A stretch of 63,448 nt of DNA, filler included, from Parasitella parasitica NRRL 2501 (lineage: Eukaryota > Fungi > Mucoromycota), in NCBI GenBank assembly GCA_025201805.1. It is 8 parts of 8 records of this genome, joined end to end, with 100 filler letters (N's around TTAATTAATTAA, not from the genome) between each part and the next. Parts side by side here need not be neighbours in the genome. Positions count along the whole stretch, not along the records: positions 1 to 24,026 come from MU619392.1; 7 more parts are not named here. One strand, written 5' to 3'. Both the position numbers and the translations under genes were made by a program. Within the stretch, counting starts at the first letter, position 1. Each line of letters opens with the position of its first letter. The notes beneath the pieces are model-generated. The model saw only the letters and a program-made list of their open reading frames with translations. It was not told the origin of the DNA and did no database searches. Shown here in pieces: positions 1 through 16,304 of the stretch.

Positions 1-682
1 ACGCGACCGATCACCAGCCAGAGGAAAAGCAATCGATTTGTGGTAGTTCACTCTTGCATTGGACGCTCGTCCATAACATGAAATGTGATCCTGAATAACC
101 TAAATTTCATCGCTGTCATTGACCAATACTAGCAAGTCATCGGCATACGCCAGCAATTTGACGGGAGGGGAGGCCACCAAGTGCAGTGAAGAGGCTTTGA
201 CCGCCTTGGTAGTGACAGAATATCCCTTGATCTTCTCGTCGTTCAAAATAGCCAGCAGAAGAGGCTCCAAAGCGAAGTTGAACAGTACCGGAGAAATCGA
301 ATCCCCCTGGCGAAGCCCGCGCTTTTGAGCCACTGGTTCAGTCATAAACCCATTGACATCATTGATCACAATCTTGGTCTTGAAGAACAGATTACGGATA
401 CTTGTAATGAATGTAGATGGAAAGCCAAACCTCTGCAGAACTCTACTGATGTAATGTTCGTTCACGTAATCATATGCCTTAGCACTGTCGATGGCCACTC
501 CAACAGCACGATTGGAATGCATCTGAGCATCTTGCATAAGAATCCGCAAAGCCAGGCCATGATCACCTATAAACCTTGTCGGCATGAAACCAGCTTGGTA
601 ACGAGTGATGACCTTGTTTGCCGCGTCTATGACTCTCGAATTCAAGATGCGGGTAAACACCTTGCAGTCAGAGTGTTGATCT
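1..682 (-). mobile_element. L1/Tx1-clade LINE reverse transcriptase fragment, 5'-truncated and disabled
   Basis: RT motifs QAGFMP.R.I.D, DSAKAYDYV, GLRQGDSISP.LF and LAYADD. An in-frame TAG at 100-102 is followed by more RT-like sequence (YGRASNARVNYHKS). A frameshifted INT/DCK motif lies near 665-680. Confidence 0.9.
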
Positions 683-918
683 GTCCTCCTTTCATCCAGA
701 CTTTAAATTGAGATAACTTTTCATCCAAGCAACCAAATTTCAAAACATAAAAAGTGTCATATTCCACAACATCAAGGTTATCTTATCATTTAGCTTTGGT
801 GCAACAGATTATAGTTTTTTCCCTTAGTTTTGTCACTTTATATTGTTTACTGTATTGCATGCATTTACTGTTTACGCAAAAATACCGTCACAGGCGTATT
901 AAAAAATTGGCTACCCTA

Positions 919-998
<80 letters not shown>

Positions 999-2009
999 NN
1001 NNNNNNNNTTGCTGCTTCTCTGCTTCGACTACTACGCTATTATTGTTACTATTATATACTCTTATACTTGATTATTTACAATACAAACAGGTGAACTTTG
1101 TGTTCATTATTGCTGGTATTATACATTATACCTCTTTGATTTTGGGTAAAGTCGATTCTTTCCCTTAAAAACAGTAAATATTACCCACGTTTTCTAAAAC
1201 ACCATAACTAATACTCTCCTACGCGTTTTCTATAGTATCACTTTTACAAGAAAACAATAAACAAGCTGGTGTGTTTCTGGTGCAGTGGCTCATTCAGGTA
1301 TTATCATTTATTATGTTTTTGCAAGAGCTTTTTTACTAACTGAAAAATCTTTTTTGTTCTACATTTGTAGGTTTGGTTCTCTGTTCATGTCAAGTGGATG
1401 GCCTATCATTGAAACTTGACATTAGCTCTTTATCCGGGTCATACAGGAACATGTAGGCTGTTTCTACTCATTGACTGTGCTTACCCTAGCAGTTCTTGAA
1501 ATGGGCCATTTTATCCGAAGCTGTGAAGTGTGGTAAGGCATTTTCCGGCTATTTAGGGTGGGGTATTCATTGAAAATCTACCAATTTCTATTTTTGGTCG
1601 AATTTCAAGCCCCGCTAACAACAAAACAGGGGGAAACCCTGTTTTTTTGTTTTTAGGATTTAGTGATTGACTTAGCCAAATTAATCGCGATTTTATGAGA
1701 AAAATAAAGAAAAAAAAATATTAAACGAAACTAGAATATACATAATCTTCCTAATTTGTTTGAACATAGAAAATCAGCATGTCTGTGCTTATATTGAAAC
1801 ATAAAGCTGGTTTGCAACGAACATATATATGCATTTTGATTCATAATTTAAGTTTAATATGTAATTTCATTTACGGCATTATCCAATATTGCCATCTGTT
1901 TAGAATAACAAAATATAAGCAGAAAAATACAATTAGAACTGAATATATTCATTTTGCTATTCCAAGATTGAATGAGGATTTAAACTAGTAGTGTACGTCT
2001 TGAAGGTAT

Positions 2010-2650
2010 TGCAGTGAATTTGAAAGATTTACGAAATAAAAAATAAAATAAAAATAAAAGCGATATGAAATTACAATTATAATCAAGTTTGAGGTTCTTT
2101 ATTATCAAAGTATACTGAGGTTTTATCTAGAGAAAACATCTTAGTATTTATATAGGATTTGAATTGTTGTATATCAGTTCTCATGGATGAAGCATTGACC
2201 CTAAAGTCAATGCGTTAATATGCCGTTGTTTAATTTTAGGTTTTTAAGGAGAAGCAAATTATGCTGAATGCTTTCACCATTGATGGAGATTTGCGTAACA
2301 TTAGTTGGGCGTGTTAGGATGGCTATCGTCATACTTTAGTTATTGTGTTAAAGATATCCTTATCTAGAATGATGGGAAAAACTCATTGAATGACGAGCTG
2401 CCATAATTGATATCTTTGTCATTATTATTCTTCTTATTCTGAATATCTATTGTGTAAGGGAAAGCACTTTGATCAGGAGTGTTTTCCTTCACACGACATT
2501 CATTGATAAGGTCTTAAATTGTATTTGTAATTCGATTAGATTTATATGACTTTATATTTTATGCGAAATCGAATGGCATGAATTGACTATGGGTGACATT
2601 TGAGTCTTATTTTCTCATTTATGCGCTTTTAGTTATACCATTCGATTGCA
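2010..2650. repeat. Dispersed repeat family A, uninterrupted copy
   Basis: Reverse complement matches 21899-22466 plus 23112-23185; the start of a third copy is at about 59056-59083. Confidence 0.85.
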
Positions 2651-4404
2651 AGTATTTATAGTAATTTGATAGTGCCGCAGAAGTAGGACCATGATCTAGG
2701 ATGAGGGATAATTGGGGACGCCTTGAACCAATCCCTATGAGCTTGGTGGATCAGAGTTTCCAAGTTACCAGTAAGTCAAGAGCGCAGATACTTATGAAGG
2801 ATAAAATGTTCTTTGTAGTAGTTTTGATGGAAGAACATTCATCAGGATTTAACGCCGATTTTAGGAACCACATGTCATAGAATACCACCGCTTTGTACTG
2901 GGATAAAGATCAGCCATTCAATGGCACCACTCATGTCTCTTTGCCATGTCTAAATAAAGTCATTCCATTCTACTACACATTTCTACTCATGCTCGCTTAA
3001 TGATGGATTATACAGAGTATAATCTATTACCGCTAAGATTTGATCTTTATCTTAAACACCATCATCATTTTTCTGCTCTTGCAATGGCTTTTTTACTCGT
3101 CGTATGCCTTGTCCATCTTTTTTTCACCTTTTACAATAAATCCACAATATATTGATATATGATGAATTCATATCTGAAGTCTTTAATAATCCATGAACTG
3201 TTTTTTTTGCATCTATATGTTAAAAAATGCAAATGGCCGGACTTGAATTGTGGAACCAGAAAATATCATTTACCTTTAATATTGATGAGTTAAACCTTTA
3301 TAATAAGCATAAAATATATAAAATGCAATTCGACGTGTTAAGATACTATACCTTGATGAAAAAAGCTTCGATTGCTTTAAATAAGTTTTAGTTAAATGTG
3401 AACATGTTGTATTATAAATCATATCATAATTTTGTTAGTTTTTTTTTTTTTTGTGTAAAAAAATACATGAATATCGTACATTGCATTCTAAACAATATCA
3501 AGTATTTTTACGTTTTACACAAATACGTTGATTTTTTTAGATGTTTCTTATTTCTCTTTTTATACATATATATATCCTATATGGACAAAAGCTAGACAAA
3601 ATTAGGATCATGTTAATTAAAAAGTGTTTACTAGCCAATGTTGTTTTGAATGTTGTGAAGGAGAAAAGGCGATGAATTATAGAGGGATTTCAGATGATGA
3701 GGCAAATTATAAAGTGATGGACATTATTATTTGATGTAATGCGCTGACAAGCAACGGTCTATTGAACTCTAATAATTAGAGAAGGAAGGAAACAAACAAT
3801 AAAATACTATGCTTAATTGATGCCACACATGGGAAGTGTCGAATTCGTAAATTATTTCGTGCTGTAACGAAATTCGAAAGGAAAAGATAGCAAAAATCTT
3901 CCGCTCGCTTGGTTGTGCTGATCCAAAAGTCAAAATTTTGTCTTAACCTATGCGAGCGAATTAGCAAACTAATGATTATTCAACACAATAGGCGATGAGG
4001 TTTGTGTTATCCTCTACGTACATTGCAGTTATTAATATGACAAAAACCCTGGTAAATTAAGAGAGAAGCCTGCTTGTGGAGTGCCGACAGCAATGGCTTT
4101 CCTTTAAATTCGTTCTCGCCACTTGTCTGATTGTTTTATAGCATTATATTGAGGCAGCAATTCTTAATTAATTAATAGCCATTATTTGCATCAATGTGAT
4201 GTGGGTATATTGGTTACAAGTTGTTGACATCAATCATAGTATATGAAGAGTTATTGGCCTTATCAGAACAGGACCCGGCCTCTCTTCTACTGATCTCTAA
4301 ATCTACATCGACTACTCTCAAAACTGTCATGTTGAAAAGTCGCCCTGCTGAAGAAAACTATGCTATTTTTTTTTGGATTAAGGGCAGCAGCGTAATCAGT
4401 TCAT

Positions 4405-5453
4405 TTATTTCGGATGACAGCTGGGTCTACTGATGTTGATCTTATTCTTGTTGGCTAGCCAAGGACTCACTTGGTACAAAAATGTGCCGTTATCGTGGAC
4501 TAGTGTCATCGAAAGAAGTTTTTTGCAATGATTGATGGATTTTGTTATGTCTGTATCGTATCCTACCAAAGCGATGAGAAAAACGTTGCTGATAGGCCAG
4601 ACGACAAGAACCATGATAGGATTATCATTTGCCTACATAGTACGATGGTTAGAATCTATGAAAGAAAAGGGCTATATATTTACAGTAATGTAGTAGACTG
4701 TGCACACACAAGGCTGACGATTGAAAGGAGTGTGGTTCTTGTTGCATTAGAAATGACTACAGACCTGTAAAAATTGACATTTCCGCCCACATGATCAGCA
4801 TAAAGCCTTCGAATATGGTTCACTAGGATACAAGTAATAACTATGTTAACATAAAAGCCTATGGCAGTATCAAACAAGGTATCAGCTATGCCAATCTAAG
4901 ATAAAACATGAGTATTATAAAAACAAAAGCAAGATGGCATAGTTAAAAGTTTACCACACGCTTGTCCTATATCTGCAGACACTCATATACACTTCTGTCC
5001 AAATGCGAGAATAGAGTATCTCAAATACACACACACTATGGATCGAAGGATGAATATGAGAATATGTATGAAATTGAAAAGAGCATATCTTTGAAGTAAC
5101 AATATGGAAATATGAGCTAGACAGCTGACATGATAAAATGAATCAGCAATTCTTCCAGTTAGCAGACAATGATGCATTAAAGAACTAAATGAAACGAATT
5201 AATTTCCTTTTTTTTTATATATACATATTATATGTCAAAATATCTAGCTTCTCTACGTTGAACTGAATACTGCAAATATTGAGCTCTTGACAATCATGGC
5301 TACAGCCATTGTAATTTTCAAAGCACGAACCAGGTATGTTTTCTGGCCTTTGGCCAAGAATACCGTTTTCACAACCAATTCTATACAAAGAGATATGGCA
5401 GCACCTTCTAGCACCAAATGAGTCAACTGTAATCGTGGTACACTTGCCTCCAT
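4405..5453 (-). pseudogene. Seven-transmembrane, GPCR-like membrane protein gene with an apparent frameshift
   Basis: Four exons joined by GT-AG introns (first intron 5256-5185 is in phase) give about 7 hydrophobic segments, with a Cys at the top of TM3 and one in the TM4-TM5 loop. The frame breaks in a (TG)n run near 5027-5036. Confidence 0.5.
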
Positions 5454-5677
5454 GTGGCTGAATTGAAACACAAACTGGGAAAAAAAAACGAGTTGTTCTG
5501 TTACAAGTCGAGGGCCTTGGTTTCGTCTAAATGAAAATGACAACCACCATGATCTGGTGCTTTTGTAATTTGCACTCAGTTGACCAGTGATAAGAAGGTT
5601 GAGAAAGAGAGAGAGAGAAACACCTCTTTTCCATTTTGTTTCATACATAAAATAAACACACCGATAGTAAAAACATA

Positions 5678-6741
5678 ATGAGTTCAGTTTCCATCGAGGA
5701 CAAGGTCAAAATTGCGTCAGATTTTCTTCTCTCTAGCCCACCAGGAGAAGTCAACGATGTATTCAACGGTAATTTCCTTGCATACATATTACTAGCAACG
5801 CGTATTTACAACCCAAAGATAGATGTTCGTACCTTGGTTGATAATGATCAAGGGCTTCAAGAGGGCATCCTACAGGCCCTGGAGCAATACAACACAGAAC
5901 AGCACATCACAGTTACGCCTCCTGGATTAGATTACGACGTAAGTTTATTTATATAAAAATGCCATCATCATCGCAACCAACATAATGAAATCAGGTTATT
6001 GTATCTAAATATGGTAAAATTGAGCAAGATAGATACCTTGATCCTCGTTCCAAGCAGACATTTAAATTTGACCATATGCGCTTGGTAAGCGAATCTTGCT
6101 CGTTATCTGTGTGTAGAGACGGGTATCATTAAGATATTTTTTTTGCTTAGACGGCCTCTGATGTGGAGGAATACGCAGTTGAAAATCAACAGGAGCCTCT
6201 TAGAGCTTCTGTTGAAAAGGAGTGTTTAGCCTATGTCGACGATCATTTTCCTAATGGCGTGTGTACCATTTACTGCACTAACGACGATATCACTATTGCC
6301 ATTGTCGACAACAAGTACAACCCCAATAACTTTTGGAACGGAAGATGGCTTGCTTTGTGGACATACGATACCCAATCAAACGAACTAAAGGGCCACACCA
6401 AGGTTAATGTTCATTACTATGAGGATGGAAATGTTCAATTAAATACTAAAAAGAGTGCGCAAGTTACCGTTGCCAAGACGGAAGTAAGTAGAAGGAGGTG
6501 GCTAGTGAGAAAAAAAAGTCTAATGCCTGCAAATTAGGACTTTGCGCAGTTGGCGAAATCTCTTGTCAAGGAAATCTCGACTTTTGACAAACAATACCAT
6601 AGCGCAATGAACGAAAGTTACAGCGACCTTGCCGAGAATACGTTCAAGGGATTGAGAAGAGCTTTGCCTATGACCTGCAACTTGTTGGATTGGAACAAGA
6701 TTTCAAACTACAAGATCGGTAGCGAGTTGTCCCAAAAATAA
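5678..6741 (+). CDS. CAP1: F-actin capping protein alpha subunit (multi-exon)
   Basis: SPPGEVNDVFND, NNFWNGRW, VHYYEDGNVQL and FKGLRRALP motifs across GT-AG-joined exons. Confidence 0.96.
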
Positions 6742-7304
6742 ACCATCTTTTTGAGAGCGAACCTCCCTTTTTTTTNNNNNNNNNNNNNNNNNNNNNNNNN
6801 NNNNNNNNNNNNNNNNNNNNNNNNNNNNNNNNNNNNNNNNNNNNNNNNNNNNNNNNNNNNNNNNNNNNNNNNNNNNNNNNNNNNNNNNNNNNNNNNNNNN
6901 NNNNNNNNNNNNNNNNNNNNNNNNNNNNNNNNNNNNNNNNNNNNNNNNNNNNNNNNNNNNNNNNNNNNNNNNNNNNNNNNNNNNNNNNNNNNNNNNNNNN
7001 NNNNNNNNNNNNNNNNNNNNNNNNNNNNNNNNNNNNNNNNNNNNNNNNNNNNNNNNNNNNNNNNNNNNNNNNNNNNNNNNNNNNNNNNNNNNNNNNNNNN
7101 NNNNNNNNNNNNNNNNNNNNNNNNNNNNNNNNNNNNNNNNNNNNNNNNNNNNNNNNNNNNNNNNNNNNNNNNNNNNNNNNNNNNNNNNNNNNNNNNNNNN
7201 NNNNNNNNNNNNNNNNNNNNNNNNNNNNNNNNNNNNNNNNNNNNNNNNNNNNNNNNNNNNNNNNNNNNNNNNNNNNNNNNNNNNNNNNNNNNNNNCAAAT
7301 AATA

Positions 7305-9270
7305 ATGTCGAATACAAAAGAGCTTTGCATTGTGCTGAAAAATCCATACAAGTGCTACTACCCTGGAGATCTTATTCAAGGCATGTATACAGATGCATAA
7401 ACGAAGCAGCTGGCTAAACATGGAATATAGGTCACATCAACTTGAATTTAAGAAAATCCGTCGATATCCAGCACATTGCCGTCGCATTCAATGGCTGCAT
7501 CGAAGGCTGCGGCGACAAAGTCCCGTTGATCAACGACCTCAGACTACTCGTAACGCCTACAAACAGCCAGAAATACACAACACTGCATCCTGGCCAAAGC
7601 TACAGCTATGATTTTGAATTCAAAATACCATCAAACAAAAGACTACCCAGTTGCGCCAATGTACGTACAATAGAGCAGCATGAGCCAAATCAGCCGGCAT
7701 TTGTACTAAACATCTTGTGCTGTGTAAATATAGATTCCAAAAGTCGCAAAAATCTCATACATCCTGACAGCAACTCACAAAAAACCAATGTTCAAATTCT
7801 CTCATGCGCTATCAAGCGCCACCCAGGAAATCAAAATCCTGGACATGATCAATGTCCTTTTGCCCGACTATCGTATGCCTGTAAAGATGAGCAACGATCT
7901 GGGCTTTATCAACGGAAGCAAATTGTCGCAATGGTGCTTGAGTTTGGCAAGATCAGCCTTTACTCGAGGTGAAAATATCCAGCTAGAATGCCAAATAAAC
8001 CATTTTCCTATTATGGAAAAAGCGAAGGCCATCAAGGTCTCGCTAATGAGACAAGTCTACAAGACCAGCTCTGCAAAGTAAGTATATCAGTGTTCATGTG
8101 TTATCATCATGACGTTCCCTGTGCTCATTTGCCTGCATTTTTGCAACGTAGAATTTTGGAGAACAAAGTATTATCGAGCACGACTCTTGATATAGATACG
8201 AAAGAAAACTCGCCAAGCCAATGTATTCCTGTCGAGTTGCATGTCCCCTACGATACGCCACCAAGTATATTTCCAGATTCAGGGAGAACATTGAGCGTCT
8301 CATACGTAATACAAGCAGAGTTGAAGATGAAGGGAGTCAAAACAGCCATCAAGCTAAAGCCAGTCTACAAGCAAGAAGTTACTATAGTGATTGGCACTTT
8401 TTCGATTGATAGTATGCCTGCCCATGACAACAGTAAGTGATGTAATCACATTATCACATTATGGATTTACAAGAAACTAATTTTTTTTTTTTTGCAGATC
8501 CCCCTCAAAAATCTCTACATCCATTAGCATCTGTACCATCATCGTCACAGCCAATGCATAGAAAGAGCACAACAGATCTGCTGCCTATAAGACGAAAAAG
8601 CACAGCACAGCCTCCTGTGCCTATGCCAGCTCAAGTCTCGTTTTCTAAATTTGACAATATTATGAAGCCCTTACCTAGACTTGAAAAGGTTACACACAGA
8701 AAATCGTATGGAAATACTGCCAGTAAGTCACTGTCATCGCCTACACCCTCCGCATCGCCATCTCCAACCCCATCTTACTCGATGCGCGTAACATCCAACC
8801 AGCAAGAGTTTGACGACTATATACCAGCCACGCCTTTACGAAGGTTGTCTTTGTCCTCTGCTCGGTCATCCACATCAACTGCAGTGAACGATAGATCACT
8901 AACGCCGTTGCCATCCATGAAATCAGCTCAAGTGCATCCATACAGTACAGTCAGCTATTTGAGCCGCAAAAACGCTCCAAGGCCTTCTCTGCTGTCAGTC
9001 CAGAGACCTCATGAAATTGGTCCCAATGATATCATCACGAAACAAGGCACTCCTGCTGCTGAAAATGGCGGTGGTGCTTACTTTAGTGCTAAAGCCTTGG
9101 ACGCAGGTGGGGAGGACGAGAACGGCAGTTCCATCCCAGAGTTACTGTCTAGACATGATACAATTTCGACGGCGTCTTCCAGCGGAATAGCGGACCCATT
9201 ACAAGTAGTTTCGAGTGCTAAACCTACCATTGCAGTGACACCGATTGATAGATCCAGTAATGTACAATAA
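7305..9270 (+). CDS. Alpha-arrestin-like (arrestin N and C domain) protein with S/P-rich tail
   Basis: YYPGDLIQGHINL, YSYDFEFKIP...LPS, AFTRGENIQL, L.VP.DTPPS and I.IGT motifs. Five exons; the first intron (7381-7430) must be GC-AG to keep frame. Confidence 0.8.
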
Positions 9271-9380
9271 AAACCCACGACTGCCTTTCGTTTCCATTCA
9301 ATCAGTTTTGCATTTTTTTTTTTTTTTTTTTTTCCCATTTGCTACCTTGTTGCAGTAAATCTCGCTCTCATTGCATACGT

Positions 9381-12023
<2,643 letters not shown>

Positions 12024-12362
12024 AAAAAATCAATAACCCTGCTCGCTAATGAACTTGTTACCAAACAAAATTGGAAATAAACCTACTCCACCGTTTCATG
12101 ATTCGAAAGTGTTACGATTAAGGCACCCTTTAATAATGGCATCTAGGCCCTATTGTTACATGTCGACATTTAGGGTTGTGCTATTTTTTCAGTGATTTAC
12201 ATCACCCGATTAAAATGTAGTACACACGTGTATTAAATATATAGAAGTTAAAAGATATAATAAATGTAAGAAATCTATGTATGCATATATAGTCGCAACT
12301 TTTGAAATATGTTGAGGATACAAATACAGTGAACTTTTTCTTTTTTTTTTTTCTCTCTCTCT

Positions 12363-14937
12363 CTAAAAGTTCATTAAAGGAGTATGTTGAGTACCCTTTG
12401 GATATACAATTAAAGTGGCTATAAACAATCCGACAGTGATGCCAATGGATGTTTCAATCATACTAAGTGCAAACCCTGCGCCTTGATTTGCAAATTCACC
12501 AGTACCCGATTGACCAAAGAAGCCCAAAGCTGATTTCAGCCCTAAACTACCAGGAACTAAATAAAAAATCTAGAATCCTATTAATAAAGTGTATTTCAGT
12601 CAGTAACCCCCCGAAAAAAAAAAACACTTACTCCAAGAATAACGGCATCCAGGGACATTTTCCCAGTAAATTTACTCAATAAATTGCCCAGCAGACCAAC
12701 AACGAATGCAGGCACAACTTGCAAGACCTGAGATGGCGCATTTGCATAGCAGGACAAGACATAGTTTGTAACAAAACCACATGCAGCAACAACTATCATA
12801 ATTGGCCAGCGTGGAATTCTGGCACGGAGATAGATACAATAGGCTACAGCAAATACAGGCACAGTAAGAAAGTAGAATGCTTGAGGTATAATGGTGACAC
12901 AAGTCGAGGAGTTGGTTGCTGCTACACAAGCCTCGGATTGACCCTGAGCAGAGACTGATTCAGGACGAATGGCACCAAAAATCTCTGATCCCATCTCAAT
13001 ACCATAGCCTAACAAAAATGAGTACATGATGGCGTACACCAATCGAATGACGCCGCACACTAGTTGTCGGGAAACCAGCTCCACAAGGGCTACCGCCATA
13101 GAATAGCCTGGTAAAATAACAATAAAAGAAGCGAATGCTACTGGTGTGAAGCAGAATCCGTACTGCCAAACAGCTCTAGACACAAAACCGATAAAAATAC
13201 AAATGGTAATTTCCCAAATTGGCTGGAAACTCATATAACGACCCGAAAACAATTCGTAAAAAGCGAAAAAGACTAACGTACAGAAGCGGTTTAGTTGACA
13301 TGGAAATCGCAGGCCAAAATCTACCATATACACAGATACTTACTGGCCATGGCTGCGGATAATCCACCTTCTTTGAACTGGCCACCATAAAACATGACAC
13401 AACCACAAAAGCTAGCGGTAGCGTACACAAATGGGTTCAACCAAACAGGGTAAAACTGAGGCTCATTGGTCACTTTGTCAATGAATTCTAATGCCTCATC
13501 AACCGAAACTTCACCGTGAGAAATCAGCTTTTCCAGACGATAGATCTCGCCCAGCTTGTGCATATCAAACAGCTGAGGGCTTCTGATGAAATGTGTTTCT
13601 GTTGTGTGTGTTGACTGGTCAAAGAAGGTGAGGAACATGACATTGGGGATATAAACGTATTCAGCGTCTACGCCGAGCGTTCGGGATACTGTTCGCAAAA
13701 TATACTCGAGACGATGCGCTGGTGCTCCATACAACATTAGACATTTGACCAGCTTACGCAGGAATTCTTGTTTTTGCAGAATGTTTGCGATTTCAAATGT
13801 AATACGTATTCGATCTTCCAACGTGATAGGTTCAAACTGAGATGCAGTTGTGAACATACTATCAATCGAGGATCGACGAGACATGTTGACAGAACAAGCC
13901 ATTTTTCGCTTCTGGAGACTAGGGACGAGGTGGTTGCTGGTGGTGATAGTGGATAGCCAACTAGTCGGTCTATGTGTTAAATTGGGTCGTTTGAGTGGTC
14001 CAATTGCTGCTGCACTTTTGGCGAATGCTGGTGTAAGAGCATCCAGACTATTAGTCTGACCTGTTAGGTTGTACATGGATGCCGGTTTCCGTATTTTTGG
14101 TGTCTTTTTATCCTAAAAATACAAATACCAAAAAAAAAAAAAAGTTAGCTTGGATTTCATACATCGGATAATGCACCTTACTTTTTTTCTTTTAATGGTC
14201 TTGCGTCGTTTCACTGTGGGACGTCTAGTCTGTGCTTCCAATTTCATCAAACTGGCCAAGACACTGCCGCTTCCTGTTGTAGTGGCACTGTTGTAGCTAG
14301 CCACTGGAGCAGGAGAATGCAGAGTCTGCTGCATTTCCAAGTCACCGGTATGATGAGACTCTGGATCCTCATGGATTGTGTGCTGATCCATTGGGTGCGA
14401 TGAAGTTGTGTGGATCCCGCCAGAGGAAGAAGAGGGGTATCTTGTGCTGATCATTCGTTGGACCAAAGATCCAGCCTCGGCAATGTGGGCAGAAAACTGT
14501 ATATGTCTGTCTCTGGCTTCCTCTTGATCTAAAGCGGCTTCGACGAGAGTACCAGCCGAGCCGTTTCTGGTGGTGGTAGCATTGCTAGATTTAACCGTAT
14601 CCCGTTCTCTGTCATTGGTTTGAGGTTTGTCATGATGGCTTTTGTACGAGGAATCCTTTTCCCTGTTTCCATAATCTGAGCAAATACTCGACTCTGATGA
14701 AATCGAGTCGCTGGATGCCATGCTCTTTTGGTCAAAGTTGTCGATGACAGGGCTGCGAACATTGATGTGCAATTGATTCGAATTGCTTCCTTCTGAATTC
14801 ATGACTTGCAATTTGGGTAAAAGGGGCCATGATCTTCTGGGCTGCAGCGACAGCGATCTCGATCTCTCAAAAGATTGGTTGTCTCCAGCGTCATTGTCGG
14901 ATGATTTTTCACTCGGACGATGTTCAGAATCCTCCAT
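12363..14937 (-). CDS. PRM10: Prm10-like ThrE/DUF1212 family membrane protein
   Basis: LMLYGAPAHRLE, VILPGY...ELVSRQLVCG.IR and the C-terminal IGITVGLFIA.LIVYP motif. Confidence 0.88.
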
Positions 14938-16304
14938 GCCAAGTGTTTGTTTAAAAAAAGATGAAAAAGATGAAGAAAAGACAAAGAGAATAAAGGAATA
15001 AAAAAAATCCCTTTTGTGTCACTTTATATGGAATGTCAACTATTCATTTAGGCGGATTTGCAAACATTTGGAAACGGAGGCGGGGGCATTTGCAATTATA
15101 GGGACCATCAATGGGTAACTCAGTTGTAAAAATGTCGTCATATGGATCATAATGTGAATACAAGATTGTTCTGTAATGTAACATCTTGGAGCAGAATATA
15201 ACCATCCTCTTATTTATGCATAGTTCATTTGTAGCTAGCTGACAACAACAAGCCTAAAGTATCGTACTTGTCGGTTTCCTGCTTTATTGAATACAATGTA
15301 AACTGGCATGATGGCAGCCACCTAAAAATAAAAAAAAAAAAAAAAAAAAACCCTCGACATGGACCATAGATGCCACGCATTTGTTAGGTTTTAGGAAAAA
15401 GGGACGATGTTAAACCTTACACCGGCCAGGGATACTTACGTTCATAATGCAATTGTTTCCATGGCTGGAAAGAGTTGTTCATTTCCCAGATTTGAAAATC
15501 AGTTTACAGCCTAGCTGTGTAAATGAGCTTGGCATGATTACATTTATATGGAAATTGCTTGTTCTCGAGCCTCGCTCAAGAAGATGCTTTTTAAGACACT
15601 TGTATTCCAAATTCACTTCAATCGCATTTGTTATGTTTTACTGGACTGACATTTACTGGATTCAGCTTGAAATATAAGAGTGAAGCGACAAAGCAATTCT
15701 AATGCGCTCTAAAAGAGTCAGCGATTGCTGTAACTGTTTTTTTGTTCTTAGAAACAATTGCGTAATATATATAAGAATCAAGGGTCATCGCCATCCTAGT
15801 ATATATCAACTGGACCAACTTCATTTCCCCCCTTTGATGGAGTTGCTTCTACTTACGTTGATTGCTTATGCAAGCTGCTCAAAAGAGTTTGTATTACCTT
15901 TTGAAGTATTTGCTAATGCCCTTTCTCACGAAAGATTTGTAGTCTTTTTCTAGATTGTGAGCATGTAAGAGTCATTAATTTCAATTAATATTGATGGCTA
16001 GACATTACAACTTTCATGGAGCAATATGCAACACTGCTATGATGGAAAGTAGGCTCCATAATTTGTCAAGAAGCTCTAACACGTAGAAATTACCACGCTC
16101 AGTTACTGATTGGTTGGTCCATTTTTGCTTGAATTCATTTAATTGCCACTGCCAATGATATTTATGCCAAATTGGGTATTCATATTGTGAAAAATACATG
16201 TGAGAATCTTTTTGCTCTCGTATCCAACAAATATAACTTTGCTGAACCTTTCTCTCTCTCTCTCTCTTTTTCTTTCTTTCTTAAGAATATAATCAATAGA
16301 AACC

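Noticed and set aside
921-998. 78-nt poly-T as the tail of the adjacent LINE
   Set aside because: It lies on the 5' side of the minus-strand LINE fragment and abuts an N gap, so its length and origin are unreliable.
1250-1560. Possible spliced gene fragment
   Set aside because: Splice-like signals are present but the frames contain stops and no family is recognisable.
6668-7421. Long ORFs made of X (also at 22.7, 35.0 and 38.4 kb)
   Set aside because: Artefacts of N gaps.
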